A stretch of 64,000 nt of DNA. Origin: a virus. A program made the translations under genes and the position numbers. Shown piece by piece: positions 47,509 to 57,415 of this stretch. The notes beneath the pieces are model-generated. The model had not been told where the DNA came from. It ran no database searches and worked only from the letters and a program-made list of their open reading frames with translations. The first letter of the stretch is position 1, and each line of letters starts with the position of its first letter. Location: IMG/VR virus record IMGVR_UViG_3300028840_004168, positions 65,911 to 129,910 of that record. One strand, written 5' to 3'.

Positions 47509-47777
47509 TGTATCCAGATCATCTTGACCTTATAGAAAAGATAGCGCTCTTCGACTTCAAGGCCAGCGTGTTTATTATATATGCAGCGTGGATGTACTGG
47601 GGCATACGGAGTTTCAGCGACTATGCGCATAAAAACTACAAGCAGGGCATAGGGGCTGCAGGCGTGTTCTTTATGGCTATGACTGGAGTGCCGATAGCGT
47701 TGACTTTGGGCGCAGGGGTAGGCATAGTGTCATTTATATTTGGATCTCTGATCGACATATTAATCTTTAGCTGGTGA
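47508..47777 (+). CDS. Membrane protein
   Basis: Start revised to MYPDHL; 2-3 TM. Confidence 0.55.
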   Translation: MYPDHLDLIEKIALFDFKASVFIIYAAWMYWGIRSFSDYAHKNYKQGIGAAGVFFMAMTGVPIALTLGAGVGIVSFIFGSLIDILIFSW

Positions 47778-47784
47778 GGTATAG

Positions 47785-48318
47785 ATGCCTTTAAGAATGA
47801 CACATGAATTCGCTTATGTAATCGCCAAAGGCGCTAACCTTTATGCTGAACGTGGGCGTATAATCACTGTCAACAAGATAGACTGCACTTACTTTGGGGC
47901 AAGGCATTACGGCAAGCATGAGGAATTCAGCAGGCATGATTCATGTAAGAAATGCAACCCATCTTTCAGGAACGTGTGCAGATGGCTGAGCAAGGAGTTT
48001 GAAGGCCTCTGCCATATGATCAAGAATGTTGATGAATTCAAGAAGTATGATCTAAACTTAACCGAATGCCATACTATGATAAAGAAGCACTTGCCGTATA
48101 CCTGCACTTATATATGCAATACCAGGATGACAAGTGAAAAGAACAGCGAGTTCGGATATAAGCCTATCGAAGACCTGGAAGCTACATGCAGGTGGAGAGA
48201 TGATTACATAAGCTTCGGAGATGGGCTGTATGATGCAGAAATGATAGAGAGGCCGCTTGATGAGCCAGTAATGAAAAAAAAGAAACGAAGCATGTTTAAC
48301 TTCGGGGGTAAGAAATAA
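47785..48318 (+). CDS. Family A Cys-rich protein with tag
   Basis: NKIDCTYFG...CKKC...C...C; ends KKKKRSMFNFGGKK. Confidence 0.7.
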   Translation: MPLRMTHEFAYVIAKGANLYAERGRIITVNKIDCTYFGARHYGKHEEFSRHDSCKKCNPSFRNVCRWLSKEFEGLCHMIKNVDEFKKYDLNLTECHTMIKKHLPYTCTYICNTRMTSEKNSEFGYKPIEDLEATCRWRDDYISFGDGLYDAEMIERPLDEPVMKKKKRSMFNFGGKK

Positions 48319-48824
48319 TGGCAGGTATACATGATGACTGGGCTGGCATGTCTGATGTCTTGGCAAGGGCTGCGGTAATCACTATCAGGCGGCACAGGCT
48401 GATCGGTATCAATAAGATCGAATGCAAATACTTCGGGGCAAGGTATCTGCCTAATGGAGAAAACTGGCATGCTTACCGCCATGAATGCAAGGTATGCCAT
48501 ACAGACTGTGTAAATGCCTGTGCCGAGATGTCTCATGAGAGGGTCGATATATGTGGGCGTATACAGCGTATCTCTGGTGTCTCATGTCCTGTAGGCAGAG
48601 CGTTCTTTCCACATGTATGTGTGATGCTGTGCAAGCTGGCCTCAGAGAGCGAAAAGCCAAGCGCCACTGACAGATTTCAATCATATCCTGTGACCATGCC
48701 TTTCCACGACAACACAGAGATAGAGGTAAAGTTCACTAACAAGTCAGCTCATGGAGAGAGGGTTGCCAATAGAGTGCCTGATAAGAAAAAGAGAAGTATG
48801 TTTAACTTCGGGGGTAAGAAATGA
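48318..48824 (+). CDS. Family A Cys-rich protein with tag
   Basis: NKIECKYFG...CKVC; ends KKKRSMFNFGGKK. Confidence 0.7.
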   Translation: MAGIHDDWAGMSDVLARAAVITIRRHRLIGINKIECKYFGARYLPNGENWHAYRHECKVCHTDCVNACAEMSHERVDICGRIQRISGVSCPVGRAFFPHVCVMLCKLASESEKPSATDRFQSYPVTMPFHDNTEIEVKFTNKSAHGERVANRVPDKKKRSMFNFGGKK

Positions 48825-49336
48825 AATTCGATAAGATGTTCAGGGTAACTATAGACCTGATGCTGCTGACCACAAGCTATATGGCTAGGCGGTATCTGCT
48901 GATACACAGGAACGAGATCAAGTGCGCTTACTTTGGCTGCAGGTATAATGACAATAAACCGTTCGGCTATAACGAGATATGCAAGGAGTGCAACGGATCT
49001 TTCTTTGGCGTATGCGCAGACCTGTCTGTAAGAAGAAACTATCTTTGCAATGAGATATCAGACAGAATGGAATGTGAAGCTGCAGAAAAAACATTCGGAG
49101 CTTTCTGCGGAGAGCTCTGTAAAACAGAACGGCGCAGCTATGAGTGTATAGATAATGGTAAAGGATATGAACCTGAAGCGATGGATCACAGGACGTGCGA
49201 AGGTATCAATCTAGCCTTCACTCTTACGGTAGATGACGATGCCAAGAAGCCGCCTGAGATAAGCGATATAGAGCCAGTAGCGAAGAAGAAAAAGAGAAGC
49301 ATGTTTAAGTTCGGGGGCAATCGTGAAACTGACTAG
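48821..49336 (+). CDS. Family A Cys-rich protein with tag
   Basis: NEIKCAYFG...CKEC; ends KKKKRSMFKFGG. Confidence 0.7.
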   Translation: MKFDKMFRVTIDLMLLTTSYMARRYLLIHRNEIKCAYFGCRYNDNKPFGYNEICKECNGSFFGVCADLSVRRNYLCNEISDRMECEAAEKTFGAFCGELCKTERRSYECIDNGKGYEPEAMDHRTCEGINLAFTLTVDDDAKKPPEISDIEPVAKKKKRSMFKFGGNRETD

Positions 49337-49682
49337 AGGAAGCGTATCAAGGATGTTATCGAAGATAGTAGAGATAGGCGCTGGCACAGACAAAGAACCG
49401 CCGCCTGATATGGGAATATGCGATAGCTGCGGTACTAAAGATTTTATCTGGAATTTTGAAGTGGAGCAGGAAGGTGACTGGGAAGAAGGGTATTATGACG
49501 TGCATGTCTGCCCTTACTGTGATGACGGATATATAGTGGATTACGACTACAGCCCTGAACAGCTGGAACTGCTGGAAACATACTGGGAAAGAAAAGATCA
49601 GAAAAGAAGGTATCTTGAGATGAAACCTTTAAAGAAAAAAAGAAAGATGTTTAAGTTCGGGAGTAACGATGTCAAGGAGTAG
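49323..49682 (+). CDS. Zinc-ribbon protein (not family A) with tag
   Basis: CDSCG...CPYC; ends KKKRKMFKFGS. Confidence 0.65.
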   Translation: MKLTRGSVSRMLSKIVEIGAGTDKEPPPDMGICDSCGTKDFIWNFEVEQEGDWEEGYYDVHVCPYCDDGYIVDYDYSPEQLELLETYWERKDQKRRYLEMKPLKKKRKMFKFGSNDVKE

Positions 49683-49799
49683 GATACTTTATAGCTTGAA
49701 ATACAGCCTGAGAGTCCATAAATTAGCCGATATGGACTTCAAACCACGTTGGATGAGTGTTTATATACTCTTGCTGCCAAAGGGCGTTAGGAGACGAAT

Positions 49800-50366
49800 A
49801 TGAGCTTTAAAACAACTAAGGAGCAAATAACAGATATACTTGACATCATAGCGCAGACGGCTATAATAGACATGAATATCTTCAGGCTTAAAAATATGAA
49901 CGACATTAAATGCGATTACTTCGGGGTGCGGTATACAGACGAACAAAAATCTTTTGTGGAGAATAAATTCTGCCTGACATGTAATGATGAGTTCAGTGAA
50001 GAATGCGAATCGCTGTCAAGGGAATGCTGTGATATGTGCGAGCATTTAAAAAGCATGATGAATTGCGGTGTGGCACAGATGGCAGTGCCACGTCTATGCA
50101 AAGACTTCTGTGATTTCAGGACTCAGAGCTTCGGGGCCAGCAACAGCGAAGGGATGGGCTATTCGCCTGTGCCAGACTACATAGAAAGGGAAGACGAACA
50201 TGGGCGTATAGCAACGATCCCCAATGTAATAAAAGGAGCCAGGGTTAACTATGTCCTAAAGACGATAGTAGATGGAGTGCAGGTAGCAGATAAGAACATA
50301 GACATGCTGCATGCCAGAAACAAGACCAGGGTGAAGAGGCGATTTCATTTCGGGAGAAGCAAGTGA
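49800..50366 (+). CDS. Family A Cys-rich protein with tag
   Basis: NDIKCDYFG...CLTC; ends RVKRRFHFGRSK. Confidence 0.7.
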   Translation: MSFKTTKEQITDILDIIAQTAIIDMNIFRLKNMNDIKCDYFGVRYTDEQKSFVENKFCLTCNDEFSEECESLSRECCDMCEHLKSMMNCGVAQMAVPRLCKDFCDFRTQSFGASNSEGMGYSPVPDYIEREDEHGRIATIPNVIKGARVNYVLKTIVDGVQVADKNIDMLHARNKTRVKRRFHFGRSK

Positions 50367-50950
50367 AAGACACTAAAGAAGTTAAAGAAAGCGTCATGAA
50401 TGCTGTCTTGGGGTTTATGCGCAGACTGTTCTTAATAGATATAGAGCGTGCATACCTCTGCCATATGAATGGCATTACCTGTAAATACTTTGGCAGAAAG
50501 TATCTTGAAGCGAATGGAGAAGATGAAAACAATATCCTGAAGGTATACGTGGAAAATGAAAATACTCATGCTGCCTGTCTTCACTGTAACGATGAATTCA
50601 GGGTTGAATGTATCAGGATAGCAGGCAGGGCATACAGGCTATGCGATGATATCAGGCACACTCTTGCTATTAGCTGTGGCGAATGCGAAAGGATGTTTCC
50701 AGGGCTGCTTGCAGGCTACTGTGACCACATGAACGAAAGCGCTAAAAGAAATGATGCTAATGTAGATGACAACTATCGCTCTGTGCCTGTAGGCTGTGCA
50801 GGAGATGGCGAAGAGCTGCCTTACAACATCGTGTTCAATCATGGAGACAGAACGTTTATAGTGAAAGAGCTCAGGAGTTCGTTTCCTATAGAGCCAGAGC
50901 AGCCGAAGAAGAAACGTAAGTTTCATTTCGGGAGAAGCAAGGATGAATAA
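50363..50950 (+). CDS. Family A Cys-rich protein with tag
   Basis: NGITCKYFG...CLHC; ends PKKKRKFHFGRSK. Confidence 0.7.
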   Translation: MKDTKEVKESVMNAVLGFMRRLFLIDIERAYLCHMNGITCKYFGRKYLEANGEDENNILKVYVENENTHAACLHCNDEFRVECIRIAGRAYRLCDDIRHTLAISCGECERMFPGLLAGYCDHMNESAKRNDANVDDNYRSVPVGCAGDGEELPYNIVFNHGDRTFIVKELRSSFPIEPEQPKKKRKFHFGRSKDE

Positions 50951-51467
50951 CAACGAACATGACGGACTGGACGATGCTACCAGGATAGTGGGAGATGCAT
51001 GGCTGCTATACCTGGATCTATGCATGTTTGCAGACACAAACAATGTGTTGTGTATATACTTCGGGCTGGACTATGACCATGCCAGCAGGACATGCCAGAA
51101 ATGCCATCCAGCAGTAAGCGACTTCTGCCAGAACACAATCACTGTAAGGCAGCAGCTATGCGAAGAAAGAGACAACATTATAGATTATCATGGCTGCCCT
51201 GACTATGGACAACAGATAGCTAATCCAGAGGCGCTGGAAGTCAAGTATTGGTGGGCTCCTTTGTGCTACAACCTGTGCTTCAAGGCAAGAGAGCTTAACA
51301 GGGCTAGGCACAGGCGCAGAGCGCATGGCAGCGAATACCTTGTCGATGAGTATCTTCCAGAGATTGAAATAAGAACCATACCAGAGGAAGCGCCAGTGCG
51401 CAAATCCACTGATATAGAGATAAAGAAGAAGGGCAGACGAATGTTTGGATTTGGAGATAAGCAATGA
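50943..51467 (+). CDS. Family A Cys-rich protein with tag
   Basis: NNVLCIYFG...CQKC; ends KKKGRRMFGFGDKQ. Confidence 0.7.
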   Translation: MNNNEHDGLDDATRIVGDAWLLYLDLCMFADTNNVLCIYFGLDYDHASRTCQKCHPAVSDFCQNTITVRQQLCEERDNIIDYHGCPDYGQQIANPEALEVKYWWAPLCYNLCFKARELNRARHRRRAHGSEYLVDEYLPEIEIRTIPEEAPVRKSTDIEIKKKGRRMFGFGDKQ

Positions 51468-51970
51468 GCTGGCAAAATACTAAAAAGATAATAGAGCTTA
51501 CCAATGAGATAATGCGGTATCATCTATCATGGATATCTACCAAGAAGACTTCCAGCATCGCATGCAGTTCCTTTGGTATAGCCTATGAACAGCTAGATGA
51601 CCACTGCATAGAATGTAATGTGTATGTGAAAGAAGCATGCAGTAATTTCTCTCAGAAGTTCGGCAGCCTGTGTGCCAACGTTCAGACATATGTGTGCAGC
51701 AAGAGGCCAGAGCTGCAAGATACAAAAGAGATATGTTCATTAACCAAGCCTGTGTTCCCTACGCTATGCAGCTACCTGTGCAGGATACATCGTGGAGCTT
51801 CAACAGAAGTTGGCTCACGCTATCCACATTCAGGCGATAATTATATTCCAATCTATGAAATAGACATAAAGAGTAAACTGGTAAAGAAGGAGCCGAAAGT
51901 CGCTGATATAGAGATAAAGAAGAAGGGCAGACGAATGTTTAGTTATAACACACTTTCTAAGAAAGGCTGA
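51464..51970 (+). CDS. Family A Cys-rich protein with tag
   Basis: SSIACSSFG...CIEC; ends KKKGRRMFSY. Confidence 0.7.
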   Translation: MSWQNTKKIIELTNEIMRYHLSWISTKKTSSIACSSFGIAYEQLDDHCIECNVYVKEACSNFSQKFGSLCANVQTYVCSKRPELQDTKEICSLTKPVFPTLCSYLCRIHRGASTEVGSRYPHSGDNYIPIYEIDIKSKLVKKEPKVADIEIKKKGRRMFSYNTLSKKG

Positions 51971-51977
51971 AAAAAAA

Positions 51978-52066
51978 TATGAAATTTCAGAAAATAAAAA
52001 ATGCGCTCATTAAAAAACAAGTATGCTTAACTTTCTACTTGACAAATGTTCTATTATTATTATAAT
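51978..52066 (+). promoter_or_regulatory. Palindrome plus sigma70 promoter
   Basis: TATGAAATTTCAGA 51978-51991; TTGACA-16-TATAAT 52039-52066. Confidence 0.7.
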
Positions 52067-52104
52067 AATAATAATGTATGAAAATAAGTCGCTAAGGAGT
52101 AATA

Positions 52105-52590
52105 ATGGCGAGTCGTAAAAATATAGACATACTGAAAGAAGTCAAAGCAGAGTCATATAAGCTCGACTGGTTACGCATGGAGTATGCGCATGTAAACAAG
52201 ATCAAGTGTGATGCTTTTGGAGCAAACGGCAGATCGTCTCCATGTAGCAATAATTGCCATGTCGATGTATTAATGACATGCAGGAATATAGAAAAAGAGC
52301 TGAAACGTATCTGCGATATATTCAGCCACTATAGAACATATGAGAAAAAAAGATGTGATGTATGTAGAGTCGAAGTGCCTGTGCTCTGGCATGTCTGTAG
52401 TAAAAAGAATGCCAAGATAGTTGTGAGAGGGCATGCAGCTGAGTTAACTCCTGTGCGTAAAAACCTGTTGTTTATATCAGATGACTTCAAAAAAATAGAA
52501 GCTTTTGAAAGAAGCCAGAACAAGATAGAAAATATAGATATCAAATCCAGAAAGAGGAAGATGTTTAACTATGGCAAAAAAGAAAGTTAA
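52105..52590 (+). CDS. Family A Cys-rich protein with tag
   Basis: NKIKCDAFG; ends SRKRKMFNYGKK. Confidence 0.7.
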   Translation: MASRKNIDILKEVKAESYKLDWLRMEYAHVNKIKCDAFGANGRSSPCSNNCHVDVLMTCRNIEKELKRICDIFSHYRTYEKKRCDVCRVEVPVLWHVCSKKNAKIVVRGHAAELTPVRKNLLFISDDFKKIEAFERSQNKIENIDIKSRKRKMFNYGKKES

Positions 52591-53128
52591 GAATAAAACA
52601 AAGAAAGCTAAGAAAGCAGCCAACAAAGATCCGTTCAAAGAGCTCAGGCTTGCCGTATACCTGCTTGACTGGCGCATGAGTGAGTTTGAATACCTGAATA
52701 GGATAAGCTGTGATGCCTTTGGAACCTGCATTGAATCAGAATGTCACGAAGAAGAGGATGGCGATTTAAGATGCAACAGGGAAGTCATGGCTAAGTGCAA
52801 GCAGTTTGAGAAAGAAAGAAAAAAGCTGTGCAAAGAGTTTAAACAGATGAGCCAGATAGTTTATGGTGACAAGTATAAGTGCACTAAATGTGTAGACCAC
52901 CTGCCGTTGCTGGCAGCTATATGTGACAGAGACGGCCCTAATCCTGAATGCGACACAGATGTTGTTAAACAGATACCACACAGCGCTGTATTGCTTATAC
53001 ATGAAGCAGATGGCATCCTGACATCAGGTGGATGGACTGAGATACCAGATGCAGCTGAGCAGATGCTTGAAAACATGCGAGACAAAAACAAAGGCAGAAA
53101 GATGTTTGCCTATGGGAGAAGAAAATAA
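52571..53128 (+). CDS. Family A Cys-rich protein with tag
   Basis: NRISCDAFG; ends KGRKMFAYGRRK. Confidence 0.7.
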   Translation: MAKKKVKNKTKKAKKAANKDPFKELRLAVYLLDWRMSEFEYLNRISCDAFGTCIESECHEEEDGDLRCNREVMAKCKQFEKERKKLCKEFKQMSQIVYGDKYKCTKCVDHLPLLAAICDRDGPNPECDTDVVKQIPHSAVLLIHEADGILTSGGWTEIPDAAEQMLENMRDKNKGRKMFAYGRRK

Positions 53129-53382
53129 TGGCTGTAACTTTAAAAAATTTAAAAGATCTGGAAGCTGCAATCAGATACAAGCTTGCTGATAATCCATCAA
53201 GAGCTAATATAATATTGACCGTAGACAACAAGCGCAAGCACAGCTGGCTGGTCTTGAACAAGAAAGTTGGATTTGTTGAGACGGTCACATTGTTTGAAGC
53301 CAAGAATAATCTGCCTGGGCGTGCTAAGATGTACACTTATCTTAAAGGGATGAGAATGGCATTGGAGATAAGCAATGGCTAA
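53128..53382 (+). CDS. Hypothetical protein
   Basis: TAATG coupling; MYTYLKGM..AL. Confidence 0.55.
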   Translation: MAVTLKNLKDLEAAIRYKLADNPSRANIILTVDNKRKHSWLVLNKKVGFVETVTLFEAKNNLPGRAKMYTYLKGMRMALEISNG

Positions 53383-53857
53383 AAACACAAGAAGCGATAT
53401 AATCAAAAAAGCCAGGGCGCTGTCATACGTCCTTAACTGGAAGATATGGGAGTTCAAGAAGATCAATAAAGTTACGTGCAGATTGTTCGGCAATTACAAC
53501 GATTGTGGTGAAGAGGGCAAGTGCAATGTGGTATGCGTAGAAGCATGCGACATAATAGAGGGTGAACATAACTTTATCTGCAACCTGCTGGATGGTACTC
53601 AGTTTGAAAAAGATAATATATGCGAGATGTGTGAAAAAGAAGTGCCGCTGCTATATGAAGCATGCATAGATAAAGATAGATACAATAGCAGGCCGAAGAG
53701 CCGCAAGGCAAACGTGAAGCCGCTGCAGAACAACAACTCGTTCATTAAAACGATGAGAGAGTGCGGCATATATCTCAAGAAAGAAAAAGAAGAGAAGTCT
53801 AAGAGAATAAAAATTAAACATAGAAAGAGAAACATGTTTAGCTTTGGAGAAAAGTAA
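53375..53857 (+). CDS. Family A Cys-rich protein with tag
   Basis: NKVTCRLFG; ends HRKRNMFSFGEK. Confidence 0.7.
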   Translation: MAKNTRSDIIKKARALSYVLNWKIWEFKKINKVTCRLFGNYNDCGEEGKCNVVCVEACDIIEGEHNFICNLLDGTQFEKDNICEMCEKEVPLLYEACIDKDRYNSRPKSRKANVKPLQNNNSFIKTMRECGIYLKKEKEEKSKRIKIKHRKRNMFSFGEK

Positions 53858-54348
53858 TGGCAAAAGCAAAAGCTGAAGCAAAAAAGGAAATAGATCGCCA
53901 GCAACTGATGGAGATCAGAAACATCAGGATTGCTTCTTATTTGCTTGACTGGGAAATGCGTGAATACCAGCAGCTTTACAACATAGAGTGCAAAGCGTTT
54001 GGTGGGTATGAAGAAAATACTATATGCGACAAGTGCAATGACAGGATAGCTAATGAGTGCGCCATGATATCAGATGCTGCGATAGAATTATGTGAAGCAG
54101 GCGAGAACGGCATGTGCAGCCAATGTGAAGCTGATTATCCTGCATTGTTTAATGTTTGCGACAGATCAAGTGCAGGCCCTGAAGATAGGAAACCAGTTGA
54201 CAGAAATAAAGAGATAAAATATCTCATGCCTGATGTTACTCTTAAAGTAAAAATAAAAACTATGATATCTGAAACAAACGCAGATTCTAACATAGCGCCT
54301 GCATCCAGAAAGAAAAGAGCTATCAAGCTAGGAGATAAAAAGGAGTGA
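53857..54348 (+). CDS. Family A Cys-rich protein with tag
   Basis: YNIECKAFG...CDKC; ends RKKRAIKLGDKKE. Confidence 0.7.
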   Translation: MAKAKAEAKKEIDRQQLMEIRNIRIASYLLDWEMREYQQLYNIECKAFGGYEENTICDKCNDRIANECAMISDAAIELCEAGENGMCSQCEADYPALFNVCDRSSAGPEDRKPVDRNKEIKYLMPDVTLKVKIKTMISETNADSNIAPASRKKRAIKLGDKKE

Positions 54349-54530
54349 CGATGGTTGATGCCAGAAAATTTTGGGATAACTTTTTTGAATTCCTGTCAGA
54401 CACTGAAGGCCAGCCTATCGAAGAGATAGAAGCGGAGCTGAAAGAAGATGTCATAGACGTAGACAAGGTCAAGCAGAGTGTTTACGACTTGCTTGATAGA
54501 TTTGAAAAAGAACAAAAGAAAAAGGAGTGA
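54345..54530 (+). CDS. Small acidic protein
   Basis: IEEIEAELKEDVIDVDKV. Confidence 0.55.
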   Translation: MTMVDARKFWDNFFEFLSDTEGQPIEEIEAELKEDVIDVDKVKQSVYDLLDRFEKEQKKKE

Positions 54531-54913
54531 CGATGTCTAAGTTTAATAAAGAAAATTCACTGGAAGTTGTTTCTTACATTCTGAAACAAACTAAGGCCAA
54601 GAAGATATCATGGAGAAGGACAGGCGCTGGCATGCATCGTGATACCGAATACTATGATTACAAGGGCGCTATGAGATCATATAAATTGTTTATCAGCGGA
54701 GTGGTTGCAGGGGGCATATCTCATTGGCTGGATACCTTTCGACTGGTAATAGATAAAGACGATGTTATAGCAGCTGTGGAATGGCGAAGGCCGGAAATGA
54801 AAGAGTTGGTCAAGCTATGGGAAGAAGTTAGAAAATTTGCTGATAACAAACAAAGCGCCGATCAAAGGAAACTCAAGAAAGATATTTTAAAATTGGCAAG
54901 AGAAAATAAATAG
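54527..54913 (+). CDS. Hypothetical protein
   Basis: TKAKKISWRR; coupled. Confidence 0.6.
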   Translation: MTMSKFNKENSLEVVSYILKQTKAKKISWRRTGAGMHRDTEYYDYKGAMRSYKLFISGVVAGGISHWLDTFRLVIDKDDVIAAVEWRRPEMKELVKLWEEVRKFADNKQSADQRKLKKDILKLARENK

Positions 54914-54928
54914 AAAGGAGTAACAACG

Positions 54929-55282
54929 ATGGACGATGTGCTCACTACGCTAAAGAAAAAGAAAGAATTTTATCTGGAAGAAGTAAGTAAAATAAATAAG
55001 GCAATAGCGGTTATCACTAAAAAAGATACAGCTGTATCTCCTAGAAGAGTAAAATGGGGAGATGTAGTCATGGAAGTTTTTGAAGATCAAGATAAAGAGG
55101 TCTTATACTCTTTAGCCTATGTGCGCCAAGAGCTTGCAAGCAGAGGTTATCCAGAAGCATTAGACGAAAAGAAAAAGGCTGCTATATTTGACGCATTAAA
55201 AAGACTAGTAGCTAGAGGAATATTAGGCAAAGATGGTAGTAGTCGTTATTATTTATATCAGAAAAGGAGTGACGATGTATAA
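54929..55282 (+). CDS. Coiled coil plus winged-HTH-like protein
   Basis: AIFDALKRLVARGILGKDGSSRYYL. Confidence 0.55.
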   Translation: MDDVLTTLKKKKEFYLEEVSKINKAIAVITKKDTAVSPRRVKWGDVVMEVFEDQDKEVLYSLAYVRQELASRGYPEALDEKKKAAIFDALKRLVARGILGKDGSSRYYLYQKRSDDV

Positions 55283-56012
55283 CATACTTTCTATTGACTG
55301 GGACTATTTCTTTCCAGATGTAGCGCCGTATGATTGGGGTCACACTGAGAACAGATCTCCTATGCCCCAGCAACTGCTTTGGACTATAAGAGCAGGCAAT
55401 GGAGATATGTATGGCAAGAACAGGCCAGCGATTGATTATATTAAACCATCGGGGGCTGAGAAAAATTTCTGGAATTACATAAAATTTAAAGAGCACTCGC
55501 TGCTTGCCATATGTGAATCACACAGCGACCTGCATGCTATAGTTGACAAAGTCCTTGTGGCAAAAAAGATAGGAGTATGGAACTTCGATGCTCACCATGA
55601 CCTATATCACAAAGACGAACTTGACTGTGCCAACTGGCCCCACCACCTTATCACAGACGGTTATATCAAGCTGAAAGATTACCACCTGATCATGCCTGCC
55701 TGGGCTAAAGAAGCCAATGTCATGTGCAATTCCGCTTACAGACGTGATCGTGTAGATGTAAGATATGACATGCCTGAAGACCTGCCTGAGTTCGACATGA
55801 TATTTATATGCAGGTCAGGCGCATGGACACCCCCCTGGTGCGATGCTGACTGGATCAAGTTTATCGAACACTGGAAAGGCACAAGGCAGTGGCGCACGAA
55901 AATAGCTCTCCAATATGCTTTAGAGCCGAGAGAGTTTGACAAGGATCAGGCTATGGAATGGGCTGCACAACAAGAAGAAGCGATGAAGAGAGTTATAGGA
56001 GCAAGCAAGTGA
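55275..56012 (+). CDS. Arginase/deacetylase-fold (UPF0489-like) metallohydrolase
   Basis: LSIDWDYFF, ESH, NFDAHHDL; start revised to MYNILS. Confidence 0.6.
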   Translation: MYNILSIDWDYFFPDVAPYDWGHTENRSPMPQQLLWTIRAGNGDMYGKNRPAIDYIKPSGAEKNFWNYIKFKEHSLLAICESHSDLHAIVDKVLVAKKIGVWNFDAHHDLYHKDELDCANWPHHLITDGYIKLKDYHLIMPAWAKEANVMCNSAYRRDRVDVRYDMPEDLPEFDMIFICRSGAWTPPWCDADWIKFIEHWKGTRQWRTKIALQYALEPREFDKDQAMEWAAQQEEAMKRVIGASK

Positions 56013-56371
56013 CAGTTGAATTATTGTATGGAATCATAGATCTGACTATAGCTCAGATGCACAGCACAGCAGACCACGTATTCCAGGAAGACAGTACTAT
56101 ATCTGTGCCATTAGATAAAATAATTCTGATGACCGATAAGAACTATCATTCACATTATTCAGATATTCCACAATCAGGATCTATGATATTCCTTGAAGGT
56201 GGAACCCATCTGACAGTCAAAGAAACAAGAGATTATATCTTTAAAGAAATAGAGAAGTCATTTGAGATCCTAGGTGTCAGCATGATTGACAAGACCATAG
56301 GATCAAATAACACCAGACGGAAACGTAGATTATTCTGGATAAAGGATGAAGCGAATGAAAAAAAAGACTAG
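56009..56371 (+). CDS. FlbD-like small beta protein with tag
   Basis: SVPLDKII...SMIFLEGGTHLTVKETRDYI; ends RRKRRLFWIK; GTG start inferred. Confidence 0.5.
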   Translation: MTVELLYGIIDLTIAQMHSTADHVFQEDSTISVPLDKIILMTDKNYHSHYSDIPQSGSMIFLEGGTHLTVKETRDYIFKEIEKSFEILGVSMIDKTIGSNNTRRKRRLFWIKDEANEKKD

Positions 56372-56567
56372 GGCAGCAACAGCTGCAGCCAAGATGTTTG
56401 ATGTGATATTTACACATGTAGATCTCATGTATCAGAACAACACAGCGCTTAACTACTTCAAGCACCTGAAGGAATGCGTGGATGCAGAAGTAGCGAGACG
56501 TGAACGTATTAAATTGCAGATCCGCAATCGCAAATGGAAAGCAAAATTAACACTAAACGGCAAATAA
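56346..56567 (+). CDS. Hypothetical protein
   Basis: Coupled ORF. Confidence 0.5.
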   Translation: MKRMKKKTRAATAAAKMFDVIFTHVDLMYQNNTALNYFKHLKECVDAEVARRERIKLQIRNRKWKAKLTLNGK

Positions 56568-56577
56568 GGAGCCAAAC

Positions 56578-56904
56578 ATGTTCAGGAAAAGCAAAGACGG
56601 ATTAGATTTCGATAAGCTCTTTGGAGATTTTTTCAACAGGGAACGAACTATACTTGACAGTGTGGAAAGGAAAGTTCTCTTGGAGACTACTGTTATAGTA
56701 AACGACCATGCCAGGAAAGCAACTGTGCCTGTCAATAACATAGACTACGTGCAGGAATACGATGGAGTAACCTTTGAAGGATACGAAGACGATGTAGCTC
56801 ACAAACGATGTAAGACTATCATATTCCTGAAGACAGACAGTATACTGCTTTCTCTGGATAAGTATGAAGATGTTATAAATGCAATAGGATTGAAGAGAGG
56901 CTGA
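56578..56904 (+). CDS. FlbD-like small beta protein
   Basis: TVPVNNIDYVQE...TIIFLKTDSILLSLDKYEDVINAI. Confidence 0.5.
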   Translation: MFRKSKDGLDFDKLFGDFFNRERTILDSVERKVLLETTVIVNDHARKATVPVNNIDYVQEYDGVTFEGYEDDVAHKRCKTIIFLKTDSILLSLDKYEDVINAIGLKRG

Positions 56905-57401
56905 TGGAACCATTAAGCAATGTTAATAAAAAAATATTAAGAGAAGCGCTAGAGCTGTCAGCTAAAGCTGCATTGGTAGAGATGAATATCGTAGCAGTCA
57001 GTTGCCTGAACAAGATACCATGTGAATACTTCGGCATTGGATTCAACAGGAAGTGCATGAACAAGGGCAACGATCCAGAAGTAAGCAAGCGATGTGAACA
57101 GTTTGTCAAGCTATGGCAAGACCTATGCTTTCAAACTCAAGAGTTGCTTATGACAGGCGAATGCGAGAAGATAGGACATATTATATATGTAGCCTGCAGG
57201 CTGTGCAAGCTTAAGGCTAAATATTTAGAAGAGCAAGATCTGAATCTAATTTCCAGGTGCAGAATAAATGTGCCTGAGTTTGAAAACTTTGGCATCGACT
57301 GGTCTTTAAAGTTTAAAGATAATAAACTATGCGAAAGAGATTACAGAAAGAAGAAAGCTGCAGCCGCAGGCAAGAAAAGAAAGATGTTCAGTTTTAAGTA
57401 G
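56904..57401 (+). CDS. Family A Cys-rich protein with tag
   Basis: NKIPCEYFG; ends GKKRKMFSFK. Confidence 0.7.
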   Translation: MEPLSNVNKKILREALELSAKAALVEMNIVAVSCLNKIPCEYFGIGFNRKCMNKGNDPEVSKRCEQFVKLWQDLCFQTQELLMTGECEKIGHIIYVACRLCKLKAKYLEEQDLNLISRCRINVPEFENFGIDWSLKFKDNKLCERDYRKKKAAAAGKKRKMFSFK

Positions 57402-57415
57402 GAGATAAATAGTAA

